The position numbers were made by a program, and so were the translations under genes. Below the pieces are notes generated by a model, which saw nothing but the letters and a program-made list of their open reading frames with translations, ran no database searches and was not told the DNA's origin. DNA of 64,000 nucleotides, from contig CM069164.1 of assembly GCA_035221665.1 (NCBI GenBank), forward strand, positions 14,012,001 to 14,076,000, in the 5' to 3' direction. The DNA comes from Okamejei kenojei (lineage: Eukaryota). Below are positions 48,886-61,712 of the stretch, one piece after another (position 1 is the first letter of the stretch; each line of letters opens with the position of its first letter).

Positions 48886-50522
48886 TCTACTGATTCATTA
48901 CCCCAGAGTGTTCTGGCTTCACACTAAAGTTACCGAGCCTCCAGAAAGACACTTCTCAGAATTATTTCAGGAGATTATTCACAGGAGAATTATTCCCAGG
49001 AGAAAATATCCAATAAAACCCCAGTGGTCTTAAAGATCTCTGGGAAACAATGATGACATCTAAGCATTGGGGGCGGGAGAGGAAAATGAATTTTGATCTT
49101 TGACCTGATACTTCTCCAGCAGACAGCTCTGCCATCTAGAGTTTAATGAGCGACTCTCCATTTCACATCATTTACATTCCTTCAGCAAAGGCCAATGTGC
49201 CTGAGGAACTCAGCAGGTCAGGCAGCATTGAGGCAGCAAATGGGCCGACAATATTTCAGTAGAGGTGTGAATGACAATCGATCATGACCCTCCAACAGAT
49301 TGTAGTTGTTGGTCTCTCTGTTTCACGCTCTTTGCTTTTCCTTTTCCAACTGGCCTCAACTCACAGCTTTCACGTTCCTATGTTCATACTTCTCCTTTCT
49401 TTCTCTCTCTCTCTCTCTCTCCCCCCCTCCCCCCCCACCCATCAACTGGATGATTTCATGACCACTCCTGCACACAGCAACAGTGGGTTCAGTCTGTCCC
49501 TTTGCCCTACCCACCCCTCCCATTCTCTCTGCAATTTGTGCCCTCCCCGCCAAAGGGTCTTCAAGCCAAAACCTTGATTTACCCTTTCTCTCCGCATCGC
49601 TGCCGTCCTGTTTTCAGCTTCTGTGTTAGCAGACTATATTCGGGGGGTGGGGGGGGGAGACTAGGACAAGGAGCGAGTATAGGTACAGGAACTACTTGGC
49701 AAACAATGTCTAACATCAGTTTAGTTTATCCTCCATCTCCCACCATATCACATGATTCAGTGACAATTTTGGCTCATGAAAATGATCGGACTCTATCAAT
49801 AAGTCTTGATCTGCCCCTGACACGAGCTGAACAAACGCTCAATGGGGGACTTTGCAAACCCTGGTCCAAAGTCACCCGTTCCTCCTGAGCTGTTACACAG
49901 CCTAGATATCGTCAACTCCAGCAATGCAAATAGAGCTTATATCTTGTAAGAATAGATAAGCAACCTCCATTAGAAGGTGATAAAGATGAATGATACATAG
50001 CGATCTGCCATTGTTGATGATAACCCAGAGCAATAATTTGACAGGAACAAACACAAGTCATAGTCCAAAGGTGTAATTTGGTACAATAATTGGAAGATAT
50101 ATTCTGAACAAGGCCATTCATCCCCTCTAGGCCATGCTGCTGTTAGATCATCAGAGTGGGGGCTTAGCTGCATTTCTGCCTAGGATCCATGTCCTTCATT
50201 ACACAAAAAATAAAATCTATTTTGAACACAACTTTCCACAATTGTTTGCTGGGGGAAAAGAGATTTCATTGGTGTCCCCGAGAGGTAGATGGTGTGAATT
50301 GGGCATAATGGTGTTAACAGGAGGTAGAGGATTGATGGATTAAGGGGTCGGAGTGCTTTTGAGAAGCTAAAGAAAAGCGTATCAGGAAAGTATCGGTGCC
50401 CATGAACTATAACCGTGATGAACCAAAATGGTGCAATATTTCCAAGGAATGGCCAGATTTGAGTTTTCAAACAAGATAAAAGCTGTGACATTTTCAAGGC
50501 AACTAATATTCCAACATGGGGA

Positions 50523-50850
50523 TAGAGTCATGGAGTGATACAGTGTGGAAACAGGCCCTTCGGCCTAACTTGCCCACACCAGCCAACATGTCCCAGCTGC
50601 ACTAGTCCCACCTGCCTGCATTTGGTCCATATCCCTCCAAACCTGTCCTATCCATGTACCTGTCTAACCGTTTCTTAAATGATGGGACAGTCCCAGCCTC
50701 AACTACCTCCTCTGGCAGCTCGTTCCATACACCAACCACCCTTTGTGTGAAAAAGTTACCCTTCAGATTCCTATTAACTCTTCTCCCCTTCACCTTAATC
50801 CAATGTCCTCTGGTCCTCGATTCACCTACTTTGGGCAAGAGACTGTATCT
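50523..50850 (-). mobile_element. CR1 LINE 3' end (second subfamily)
   Basis: LPKVGESRTRGHWIKVKGRR..FFTQRVVGVWNELPEEVVEAG..RLDRYMD. Confidence 0.9.
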
Positions 50851-51174
50851 CATGTAGGGGATGAGACAGAGGAATAGGACTCACAACCCATGATGGAGAT
50901 CAGGTCACGTTTGAGCTGTGTGTGATTTCCTCCTTATTCTTTCATCCATTTCTGCTTCACTCAGTTAATCATTTTTCTTGCTTTCCGTATTTGTAAATGT
51001 TTCAAGAGTCTCCACTTTGCTGTTACAAGTTGGAAATAGAGCAATTGAAACTGAACTCCACTATGCTTTGAAAAAAAGACAATTACCACAGCGTGAAATG
51101 TGGAAGGGAGAATTATCACCTTTAGATTCCATCATGAACTGGACGGGAAGTGAAGAGAGAAAAAGCCAGCAGCT

Positions 51175-51265
51175 CATAGAAGGGTCTCGACCCGAAACGT
51201 CGCCTACCTCCTTCGCTCCTTAGATGCTGCTGCACCCGCTGAGTTTCTCCAGCCTTTTGTGTAGC
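51175..51265 (+). mobile_element. Penelope-derived unit, 5'-truncated within the hammerhead
   Basis: AGAAGGGTCTCGACCCGAAACGTC..AGATGCTGC..CCCGCTGAGTTTCTCCAGC; the CTGA motif is missing. Confidence 0.65.
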
Positions 51266-51593
51266 TCAAATTAACTGGCTTGAAAGGGGAGTTCTTAACC
51301 ACATTCACATTTTAAGAACAAAGTGAATTACTGAAATTGTTTTTTAACGTTCAAGGATTTCTTCAACTTTTGATGATTTTTTGGTAAGAGAAGGTGCAGA
51401 CCTTCAATCCGGTTCCATTCAATTAATAGCAGAATATTTCAACAGTTACCAAAAAAGCCCCATTCCAATCCAGTAGAGGTGTGAATGGCGATTCAGTTCT
51501 GTTTAGTTTATTGTCACGTGCCCGGAGGTGCAGTGAAAAGCGTTTGTTGTATGCTAACCAGTCAGCAGAAAGGCTATACTTGATTACAATCGA

Positions 51594-51781
51594 AGGTAGA
51601 CAAAATTCCTGGAGAAACACAGCGGGTGTGGTAGCATCTATGGAGCGAAGGAAATGGGCAACATTTCGGGCCAAAACGTTGCCTATTTCCTTCACTCCAT
51701 AGATGCTGCCACACCCACTGAGTTTCTCCAGCAATTTTGTCTACCTTCGATTTCCCAGCATCCGCAGTTCCTTCTTGAACA
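51594..51781. mobile_element. Fold-back Penelope-derived unit with a 13-bp TSD
   Basis: Hairpin 51588-51752 centred on TTTCGGGCCAAAA; TGATTACA(A/T)TCGA at 51581-51593 and 51782-51794. Confidence 0.8.
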
Positions 51782-53499
51782 TGATTACATTCGATCCATT
51801 TACAGTGTGTAGATACATGAGACGGGAACCACGTTTAGTGCAAGGTAAAGCCAGCAAAGTCCGATCAAGGATAGTCCGAGAGTCATCAAAGAGGTAGATA
51901 GTAGTTCAGGATTGCTCCCGGATTGGGATAGGGTGATTCAGTTGCCTGATAACAGCAGCGGATGCCCACAAATTAATTCAGAGAGCGATCTGTCGCCAAC
52001 ACGCTTGTTGAGACATAGGCGCCGCACCACCTTCTCGACACCGCCCGGGGTAATTCAGCAACTCAAACACGGCCGCTGTGGTTTGAGTGAAAACTATTAC
52101 CAGAGCATGAAATATAGAACCAAAAATTATCACCTTAGACTCCATCACAGATTGGAATGAATTAGACAGCCACAACTGCCCGAATAAGCAAGCAAGTTGA
52201 ATCAAAAAGCTTGCAGGAGCCATTGGTAACTAGGTCAAGCTGTTTGAGAAATAATGAACATGAGTTTAATAACTCATTGATAGCCATCTCTTATTCTTTA
52301 ATTGATTGTTTCCATGGCGATTAAACATAAATATACCATTCAATAATCTCACTTAAAATTGTCTTTTCACATATACCTTTAGGAGGTGTGAGATTTGCAC
52401 TGAAGGCATGTTGGACAGCTTACCGCAGTGGTCTTCTGTACTGCCACAGGCTGTAGATTGGTCAATCGTTTTGCATGAAAACATGCAACTTGATGCTTGC
52501 AATTCTTCCATGCATTCCCGCTGGAGGGCCACGTCTTGACCCTAGGCTTACTGATCTTGCGTTACATCAGACTCTTAAATCACACTGTCCTTGGACTTTG
52601 AAGTGTGTCACAAAATGAAATATAGCTGCTCCAAGCATGGACTTTGAAGCATGGAGAAGACTTGGGTCAGGTCTCACGCTGTAGGAACACCACCTCTGGG
52701 CCAAGAGAACGCCTCTGCTTTTGTTCACTTTAGGAGTACGTTCATGTTGCTCTGTCCACTGTCACCTTGGTTGAGCCAACACAACATCAGCGAGCTCGCT
52801 ATCAACAAGACCAGTCTCTTACTTGGACTCCTCTGGGAGAATTCCAGGAGAGGCAAAGGAGCCTGCAATTCAACAAGTACAGCAAGTGAGCAGGTCAGGA
52901 GTTGGTGGACTCAACTGGAAACCAAACTCAGTTGACCTCCACCTCCTCCATCCTCTGTCAGTAGGGAGGATACCCCGAGATCATCTTGCATGTCCCCTCC
53001 GAGTTGGCCCAGCGTGTCACTTAGTTCTCAAAGCATCTAGCGACAGCCAATTAATGCTGCCAGATTTCCACCTCAGAACAGAGGGGTGTAGGCCTGGCCT
53101 GGCTGCTACTTAGAGGCTTGGACTATGGTTCTGTCGGAGCAGTATTTGGGAGGTGGCGTCACTGGTTGGTGTGTTTGATCATTAACTAGGATTGTCGGCA
53201 CCTTGTCGTGTGGGCTGGGGTGTCCTGGGACAGAGGTCGACCCACTGGGTTGTCAGCAACAGGCCCCAAGGCGTCGGGGGGGGGGGGTTGGTCAGTCTTT
53301 GATGAACAAAACTAGACGGAGACCGGCCCGGGCAGACATTGATATTGGTGCGTCAGACACTTGTGTGAGCATCTACTTGGGTCTTTTTCCACCCAGAGGA
53401 AATGGTGGTTGCAGGTTCCCTCTCAACGTGTACGCATTATCTAGCTGAGCATCTGACTTGCCAAGGCGTAGGAAACTATGGTCCAAGAGCCGGTCAATG

Positions 53500-54255
53500 G
53501 CCCGTTTAAAGTTTGTTTTTGGGGAAACTTAACTTTTTTTATGTGGGGGAGGGGGGCAGGTTAAGGGGGAAACTAACTCCCAGTCACTTCCTGGCGGGGA
53601 CGCGACTGTTTCTCCGAGTCGCGTCCTCGCCCTCCACCTCGCGGCCTACCTCCTGGATCCGAGCGGCCTTTCCTGCCGGGGACCGGGAACCGGACCAGAG
53701 CTACAACAGCGGCGGTGGCGCTGGAGTCATCACGGAGCGAGCGATACCTACCTGAGTCGCCGTTGGATCTCCGCAGCGTTGGGCCGCTGCTCCAACACCA
53801 TGGAGGTCTGGTTTAGAGAGCTCCCAACGCGGGCAGTGCTGACTGTCATCCTGGGGCCCTTTGCCGAGGGCCTCCAGCGATGCATCTCCACCCGGCGCGC
53901 CCTGCGGACTTTGGGAGCCGCGGACTCCGGTAGGAGGGGGCCGACTCGGGGTCCAGGCCGCTGAGGACGTCCTCCAGCCCTGACGTCGGACTTCCATCAC
54001 CCCGGGGAGCGGGCCTGAACATCGGGCCGCCCGTAGCAGCGACTGCAGGGGGCTCGGGGAGGCCCCGACCACGGGGGAACAGTGGGGAACATCAGGGGAA
54101 GAGACTGACTTTGGTGCCTTCCCTCACAGTGGGAAATGTTGATCCTGCTGTGGGGGGATGTTTTATGTTGAATCCTATCTACTCCATGTGTTCTTTATAT
54201 TTACTGTATGGCGATTTAATTTCGCTGTGCCAATTGGCACGTGACAAATAAATGC
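53500..54255 (+). mobile_element. GC-rich non-autonomous retroelement with a Rex1-like tail
   Basis: CpG-rich body; tail GCCTTCCCTCACAGTGGG..TGTGCCAATTGGCACGTGACAAATAAA. Confidence 0.55.
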
Positions 54256-55972
54256 ATCTCATCTTATCAATGGTCGGAATGGACAAGGTGGGTCTGTTCT
54301 ATACGACTGTTTGGGGCCATCAGCAGATGATTGTTGGGTGTACTGGTGTGACAAGTCCACAGAGGCTACAGTCCAATTTCCCAATGTTTAATTTAGATTA
54401 GTTTTGTTTATTATTGCCCCATGCACTGAGCTACAATAAAAAGCTTTTTGCTGCGTGCTATCCAGTCAGTGGAAAGACTATACGCGATTAGAATGAACCT
54501 GTCCACAGTGTTCAGATACAGGACAAAGGGAATAACATTTAGCACAAGATAAACTCCAGTAGAGTCAGATTAAAGATGGTCTGAAGGTCCCCAGCAAGGT
54601 AGATAGTTGATCAGGACTGCTCTCTAGTTGGGTCAAGGATGGTTCAGTCGCCTGGAACCTGCCCCAGAATTTGGAGGTGTGCATTTTCACACTTCTGTAC
54701 CTCTTGCCTGACGAGAGAGCAGAGAAGAGGGAGTGGCTGGGGCGAGAGTGGCCCTTGGTTATGTTGGCGGCCCTGTCGGGGCAAGGTGAATGGTGGATGG
54801 GGTCAATGAACACCATTCCACCCAGAAATGATCACTGGGCTCGAATCGATTATTGAGCGGCTTGTGAAACAAGTGCTCATCCAGTTGAGGCTGGACCAAT
54901 GCAGGAGTGTTGGGACACGACACATATCCTCAAGCAACCCATCCAATGGACCGTGCCTGTGCTATCTGAACTTCCCTTCCATTGTCCTCCCTCCCTCCCC
55001 CCCCCCTTCAAATCCCCCCTTCCTCCCTACCAACACTCCCAGATGGGAGCTCCCATTGAAACCCAGCTGTCCGCAGCAAGGGACTGTCGATTGCACAAAT
55101 ACCAGGCACCTGACCAAACGTCCCCGGCTTGTAGGTGAATAATGACCCAATTAGCAAACATTTCGATAAAACCCTTAAATCCAACATGCAGGACAGCAGC
55201 CTCCACAGGACTTCACTGAAACTCCAACTGAATGCAACTGTTTATAACAAGGTCACATTTGTCACCATAATTACTGATGTCATCTTCTCGCCCTCTGAGG
55301 ATGTGCACACGGGGGCTGGGTGTACCGTACAGGAAACATTGAGGTAATGAGTAAAATATTTCACTTCCTGCTCATTAAGACATCTTGTCAAGCCATCAAG
55401 CATTTCATTTTATTTCATAAAATCTCATTCCCTTTGTTTAATTTTGCTTCCCCTAATTGGAACATTGCACCATTTTATTATTGAGAATCTCTGAACATCC
55501 ATCCACCCCACATTATCTGATGGTTTTCCTTTTGAAAGTTGCCAGGGGCCGAGGTATGTCCACAGAGTTAGTTCCATCACTAATGGCTCCATTCCTTCGA
55601 GCGCTGTGTCAGCTTGTGCGTGGATTTTGCTGGTGTGGTGGTCTGTTACTGGACTCTAGTGAACGCTCATGAAGACGGATATCAGCCGAGACAATGCACT
55701 CCACCCCGAAAACACGCCAACGAGCAGAGCGCAAGGCAGAGGAACGTCCCCAGGGAAGGAGACGCCAAAGTGGCTTCTTACTCAAGAGCGTTTAATTGTC
55801 ACATGTACTGACAGCAGAGCAATGACAATCTTACTCACAGCAACGTAACCGGCCTGTAAACATGATACACAGATAATACACATATACAAATTAATATGCA
55901 CAGTACTAGTGCAAGACAAAACAAAATCCTTAGTGCAATCTAAGACGTCGTAGAAGTTCCAGTTGAGGTTAG

Positions 55973-56375
55973 TCATCTTCATCATCGGTGGTCACTCGCA
56001 ACGAGTATGACTGACCTCTCCTCTCCATTGGGTCGTCTACTTGTGGGTCTGCAGATGCCGATCCACACACGTTGGTGCAAGGTGGGCAGTGGGGACTGGC
56101 GGTGGTCGGTAGTCGTCGAGCCCCCTTCTCCCTCTCCTTACGGAGCTGTCGCTTTGTCTCTGCGACACGGCGTAGTTCCAGTTCGTGACGTGCAGCTCCT
56201 TCCTGCAGGGATTTCCTCCAGGAGCGCCTGTCCAGTGCAATGTGCTCCCAGTTGCTCGATGTGATGTGAAATTTCTTCAGACTGTTCTTTATGTTGTCCC
56301 TGAAGCGTGTATCTTGGCCTGCCGGCCGCTCGCCGGCCTTCCTTCAATTGAGAGTATCGCGCACTGTTCAAGAGC
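55973..56375 (-). mobile_element. RTE-clade LINE 3' end
   Basis: Minus strand reads YSQLKEGRRAAGRP, a degraded C-terminal segment, then CTCGTTGCGAGTGACCACCGATGATGAAGATGA. Confidence 0.7.
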
Positions 56376-56384
56376 CTAATGGTT

Positions 56385-56690
56385 TATTTTAGCTTAGCTT
56401 AGAGATGCAGCACAGAAACAGGCCTGTCGGCCCATCGTGTCCTCACCAAACAGCATCCCCGTATACGAGCACTGTACCCACACACTAGGGACATTTACAT
56501 ATTTTACCGAAGCCAATTAACCTACAAACCTGAACGTCTTTGGAGTGTGGGAGGAAACCGGGGCACCCAGAGTAAACCCAGGTGGTCCACGGGGAGAGCT
56601 TACAGACTCCGTACAGACAGCACTCGTAGTCAGAATCAAAGCCAGGCCTTTGGCCCTGGAAGGCAGCAACTCTACCACTGCACCACCCTC
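56385..56690 (-). mobile_element. HE1-like SINE
   Basis: Reverse-complement match from tail to head. Confidence 0.85.
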
Positions 56691-57495
56691 AGCTGGTGGA
56701 AAGAAGCTATTCTTGAACCCGCTGGTCAACGTTGTCAGGCTCAGGCACCTTCTCCCTGACGGTAGGGGTGAAACAAGAGGGTGGCCAGGGAGGTGTGAGC
56801 ACTGAGGCAGCCACTACTCCATATCCCTTCAATGCGAGGAGATCAGTAGCTGCGATGGAATTAGCTTGGGGTTTAACGGTCAGCTTTCCTCTCTGGTCCA
56901 GAACCAGCTGCGACCTCACTGAGTGGTGCAACAGGGTTGAAAGGCCTCCCCTCTATCCACGTCACTAAAAGTCTATTAAAATACATGCACTGACAATTTT
57001 GCGGCTGTGTCCTGGTTCCTTGTCAGTGAATTCCCGTTGCAAATCTCTTTCTCTCCCTTCAGGGAGCACAGCCCTGAAACATGATATTGTGTCTATAATA
57101 CATCTCCACCTCCTCGCTAAAGCTGCTGAGTCCTTAGCTTGTTACCAGTATTACAAACATCGGATGTCACGTCACATTAGCAGCTTCCACCCTGACAACT
57201 CGGAGAGAAATGTCAGCGCGTCTCAGCACCTTTGGATGTACCGGCAGAGACGCCGTCTGTTGCTGGTGCATCAAATACCATCACCGCCTGCAGCCCGCCC
57301 TGCTGCTTTCAAGCTGGTAAATAATGTATCAAAGCCAGTGTAGCCTTCAACACTCACTTGTCAGCCCGCCCCCAGGAGGGCCAGGTTGAGATGCCGAATT
57401 AAAATAGACATCTCCTCACACCATCGGAGAAGGAGAAATCTTTCAGAAGCAAATCCAAACTCGTCGCAATTCACTGACAGGAAAAACACTTGCAA

Positions 57496-57527
<32 letters not shown>

Positions 57528-58214
57528 AGAGAAAGCCAGATTTAACTGCTTTGGGCAACAAACTAATTTACAGCAGGAATTGAATATTTGCTCTCTCCCC
57601 CCCCCCCCCTTAGGAAATTGCAACGGGAAACGTAATTATTTTTTTCTATGCAGGCAGGGTGAATTAGAGGCACACGATGGAGCCCACACCAGGAGGTTGC
57701 TGCTTCCAACATCTGCTGCTTCCCTGTACAAGGCAGATTTTCCAATGCCCCAAGATCATCAGATAACTGACCACCTGGGATTGAGGTGACCACTCAGGTA
57801 AATCAATTTTGAAAGATCAGGGAACTGCAAATTAGGGCACAGCAGATGGGGCGAGGCCTGGGGTAGGTCACCCCATGACCATATTAAATGTCAGGACAGG
57901 TTTGAGGGGCCGAGTGGCCTACTCTCGATGGTCAGTGGCTCCGCGGAAGGAAGGAAGGAAGAGTCTACAGGTTGTTAGATTCAGCGATCATACATGAGCA
58001 CTATCCTACACAATCAGGACAATTTACACATTTTTAACCAAAGCCAATTAATCTACAAACCTGTACGTCTTTAGAGCGTGGGAGGAAACCCAGAAAAAAC
58101 CCAGGTCACAGAGAGAACATAGAAACTCCGTACAGACAGCACCCATAGTCAGGATCACACCCGGGTGTATGGGAGGCTTTATTTTTTTATTATTATTTAT
58201 TTTTTAATATAAAG

Positions 58215-58260
58215 AGCTACCTAAAATTGGAGAATTCAACGTTCATACTGTCGGGTTGTT
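58215..58260 (-). pseudogene. Extreme C-terminal fragment of a Penelope-like ORF
   Basis: Minus strand reads QPDSMNVEFSNFR*, resembling the L.P.G.N motif that ends PLE GIY-YIG domains. Confidence 0.5.
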
Positions 58261-59887
58261 TTGGAACATTTCAAAATGTTGCGACCACAGTGGGCTGCAG
58301 GATTCCTGTGGCTTTTTTTCCTGGAAACAATGCCGATGGAAGAGATGGAGAAATTAGTTTAACTGCGCTCTGTGTCAGAGCCGAAACAATGTGCTCTCTG
58401 TCCAAAAGCAGCAACTTGGGCAATGCCAGAATCCTCAGAACTGTCACGGCCCCAAGTTTCAATAGAATGAAGATGGTGGGTTTACAAGCCATCCCTTTAG
58501 ATCCCTGGAACACACAAGGTAAACACAAGGTTTCACTGCCCACTGTTTCGGGGCCAGATTCATTTCCCGTCGATTGTAACCACACTAAGCCAATTCAGAC
58601 CCCTATCGCCTTTCACCCGTTCACAAGCTCAGTTACAGTACCTTGGCAACGCAGCCTTCACCCTGATTCATGCCAGCTGCTTCAACTCAAAGGGACTGGA
58701 GATCTAAAGGGACTCAGTTTGTGTTTGGAGAGTAGTGCAGGAATTATCGGGCCCCATTTACAATTCCATCGTCCCTTAGGCAGCGTCTCCCCACCAACTC
58801 CTTGGATCCCTTGAACCTTTAGCATTGGGGCAGAGCCTGAAGCCAGGGTCACAGTCCACCCTTCCTCCCTCCACCCTCATCTAGCTCAGTTGTGGGGTCA
58901 GTCTGCACCTTAGAAATTACCGCCACGCCCGCACACCGTGCCCAGAGGGAATATATGGGGAAAGAATGGGCCTGGACTGACTAATTAGACAATCCTTCCA
59001 AAGTGATAAAGGCTGATAGGCCTTGTTCTCTGACACCAGGTAAATGAATATTGACCTGGCAAAGAGTGCCGGAGGTAAGAGCTAAACAGTTAACACAACA
59101 CCTGTTACTGACAATGGCTTGAAGACAACCGATCCCAACTATGGGTGGTGTCTGTATGGAGTTTGCACGTTCTTCCAGTGACCGCGTGGGGTTTTTTTCC
59201 CCTCAGGTGCTCCGGTTTCCTCCCACACTCCAAAAAGACGTACAGGTTCGTAGGTTAATTGGCTTCAGTAAAAATGGTAAATTATGCGTAGTGTGCAGGA
59301 TAGTGCACAGCTATCGCTGGTCAGCGCGCTGAAGCGCCCGTTTCCACACTGTATCTCTGATTTAAACTAAACCAAACCATGATATTAAGATAGAATGGTA
59401 ATATAAAGTGGATTCGTTTGTGTAACTTCATAAATAACCATTCAAAGACAATTTTTGTGTAACATGCAAAGACTCTCGAGATTTAAATGAGTTCAATTTG
59501 ACTCTTGGCTGCACTAAGTCAATTAATAAGTGCTTAAGAAATTCTTTGGCACTAATTAACTCCAAGGCCTACAAACGATTTCACAGAGGCACTCAAGAGC
59601 ACTCGCGATTCATTGTGAATGATTCGAGGCCATTAGGACTACTGAACTACCATATCCTGCGGTGAAGGCCTCAGATTTACACAACGGCCTCTCCGCGCTA
59701 ATGACATCCAATATCAGGTTGGCAGCCACCAGGCATTCCAGCCAAAAAATGCATGCACTTCTCAACCGCCTGTTACAATCACAGGACATCTTGCAGTGCA
59801 GTGCAGTGCAGCAGGTGAAGCATGTTTAAAGGGTGCCCTCACTGATGCAACGCAGAAAATTCTTTATGCCATTTCAATCACAGGACG

Positions 59888-60172
59888 ACACAATGGCACA
59901 GCAGTAGAGTTGCTGCCTTACAGCGTCAGAGACCCAGGTTCGATTCTGACGGCGGTGCTGTCCGTATGGAGTTTGCACGTTCTCCCCATGACCACGCAGG
60001 TTTTCTCAGGGTGTTCCTTTTGCTTTCCGCCAAAGACGTGCAGATTTGTAGATTAATTGGCTTTGGGGAAATTGTAAGTTGTCCCTAGTGTGTAGGATAG
60101 TGTTAATGTTCTGGGTGATCGCTGGTCAGTACAGACTCGGTGGGCCGAAGGGCCTGTTACCGTACTATATAT
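59888..60172 (+). mobile_element. HE1-like SINE
   Basis: Head, B-box GGTTCGATTC, core and tail. Confidence 0.85.
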
Positions 60173-60449
60173 TTCTAGAGTCTAACTTCCAAAGACAGCA
60201 CAGATTATCAGGATCAAACCTGGATCTCTTTAGAGTCGAGAAGAATGAGAGGTGATGTCATTGAAGTATACAGTTCCTGCCAGGCTTGGTCGAGTGGATG
60301 CAGGGACGGTGAGTATCCTGGCTGGATAGACCACATCCAGGGCTCAGTGTCCCCAAAAACCAAAGGTCACCAGACATTTAGGATATTTTACTCTTCTAAT
60401 AACTATTTGCAGACAATGGTTACTGGAGACAAGAAGAAATTTCTTCACA

Positions 60450-61197
60450 AAGATGTGACGCCATCAGCAATGGCAGCCTCGCCAACGGTCTGTCTGCCTT
60501 TTCGTCTTTGTTATTTTTAGTGTGTTTTAAAAAGTTTGTGTTAATGTTCTCTGGTTTGTTTTATGTGGGGGGTTGTGGAGGGGGGGTCGTGGGAAAACCT
60601 TTTTTCCAATTTCTTACCTTGCCGGAGATGTGATTGTTTTCCGGGTCATATCTCCGGTCGCTCTGCAGCCTAGCATCATGTAGCTGGCGGCCTTGCTCGA
60701 GACCCACTTTGAACCCCACCAAAGGGCCGTGGACTTACCATCGGAGCCTGCGATCCCTCGCCTGGGATCGACGCTTCAACCGCCACATACGAATTTCAAC
60801 ATCGTGGAGATCGCAGTCTCGGGTACAGACTGATGTCAGGAAGCTCCAAAGTCGCAGGAGGTTCAACCAGCCACAACCCGCGGGAGCCTAGATCCCCCCC
60901 AAAGCGCGAGCTTGATCGCCCCAACGCGGAGGGCCCGACCGCCGGCTACGGGAGCCAAGATCATCCCGTCAACAGAAGGCTCGAGGCCCCCCGACCGCAG
61001 GGGAACAAAGAGGGGAAGAAGATTGAATGTATTTTTCACCTTCCATCAGTGAGGAATGTGGAGGAGTCACTGTGGGGGGTGTTTATGTTAAAATGTATTT
61101 TATGTGTTTTGTTGCTTTTTAAAATGGTATGACTGTATGCAAATCAAATTGCTCGTATGTTGCAAAACATACTTGGCTAATAAAGTATGATTATGAT
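60450..61197 (+). mobile_element. GC-rich non-autonomous retroelement
   Basis: 5' part similar to the 53500 element; CpG-rich body; hairpin GTATGTTGCAAAACATAC, AATAAA and a TATGAT repeat tail. Confidence 0.55.
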
Positions 61198-61446
61198 ACC
61201 CTTGATACTTTCGCCTCAAGAGAGCGGCATATCTTGAAGTCTGAGACGGACACTTTCAGATACAAATGAAATGAAGAGATAAAGGGGTCAGTGCAGAATA
61301 GTGGTCGAGTTAGAAGATTGGCGGTGACCTTGCCTTATGATGGATCAGATAGGAGGGACTGATGACCTTCCTCCTACGACCATTTTCTTTCAATCGTACG
61401 CTTTAGACATACAGACGCGCTCGCTGGGGGATAAATGCTCCCTAAA

Positions 61447-61712
61447 CTTTTAGTTTAGAGATGCAGCACGGAAACCAGGCCCTTCGACCCACCGGGTCCG
61501 CGACGACCAGCGATCTCCGCACACCAACACCAAGCCAATTAACGGACAGACCTGTACGTCTTTGGAGCGTGGGAGGAAACCGAAGATCTCGGCGAAAACC
61601 CACGCAGATCACGGGGAGAACGTACAAACTCCACACAGACAGCACCCGTAGTCAGGATCGAACCCGGGTCTCCGGCGCTGCAAGGCAGCAACTCTACCGC
61701 TGTGGCACCCTG
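61447..61712 (-). mobile_element. HE1-like SINE
   Basis: Reverse-complement match from tail to head. Confidence 0.88.

Noticed and set aside
57221-57240. TCAGCACC, a REST/NRSE left half-site
   Set aside because: The right half (GGACAG) is not properly matched, so it is too weak to call.
58227-58814. 195-aa ORF
   Set aside because: It has a non-ATG start inside an antisense Penelope fragment and no recognisable domain.
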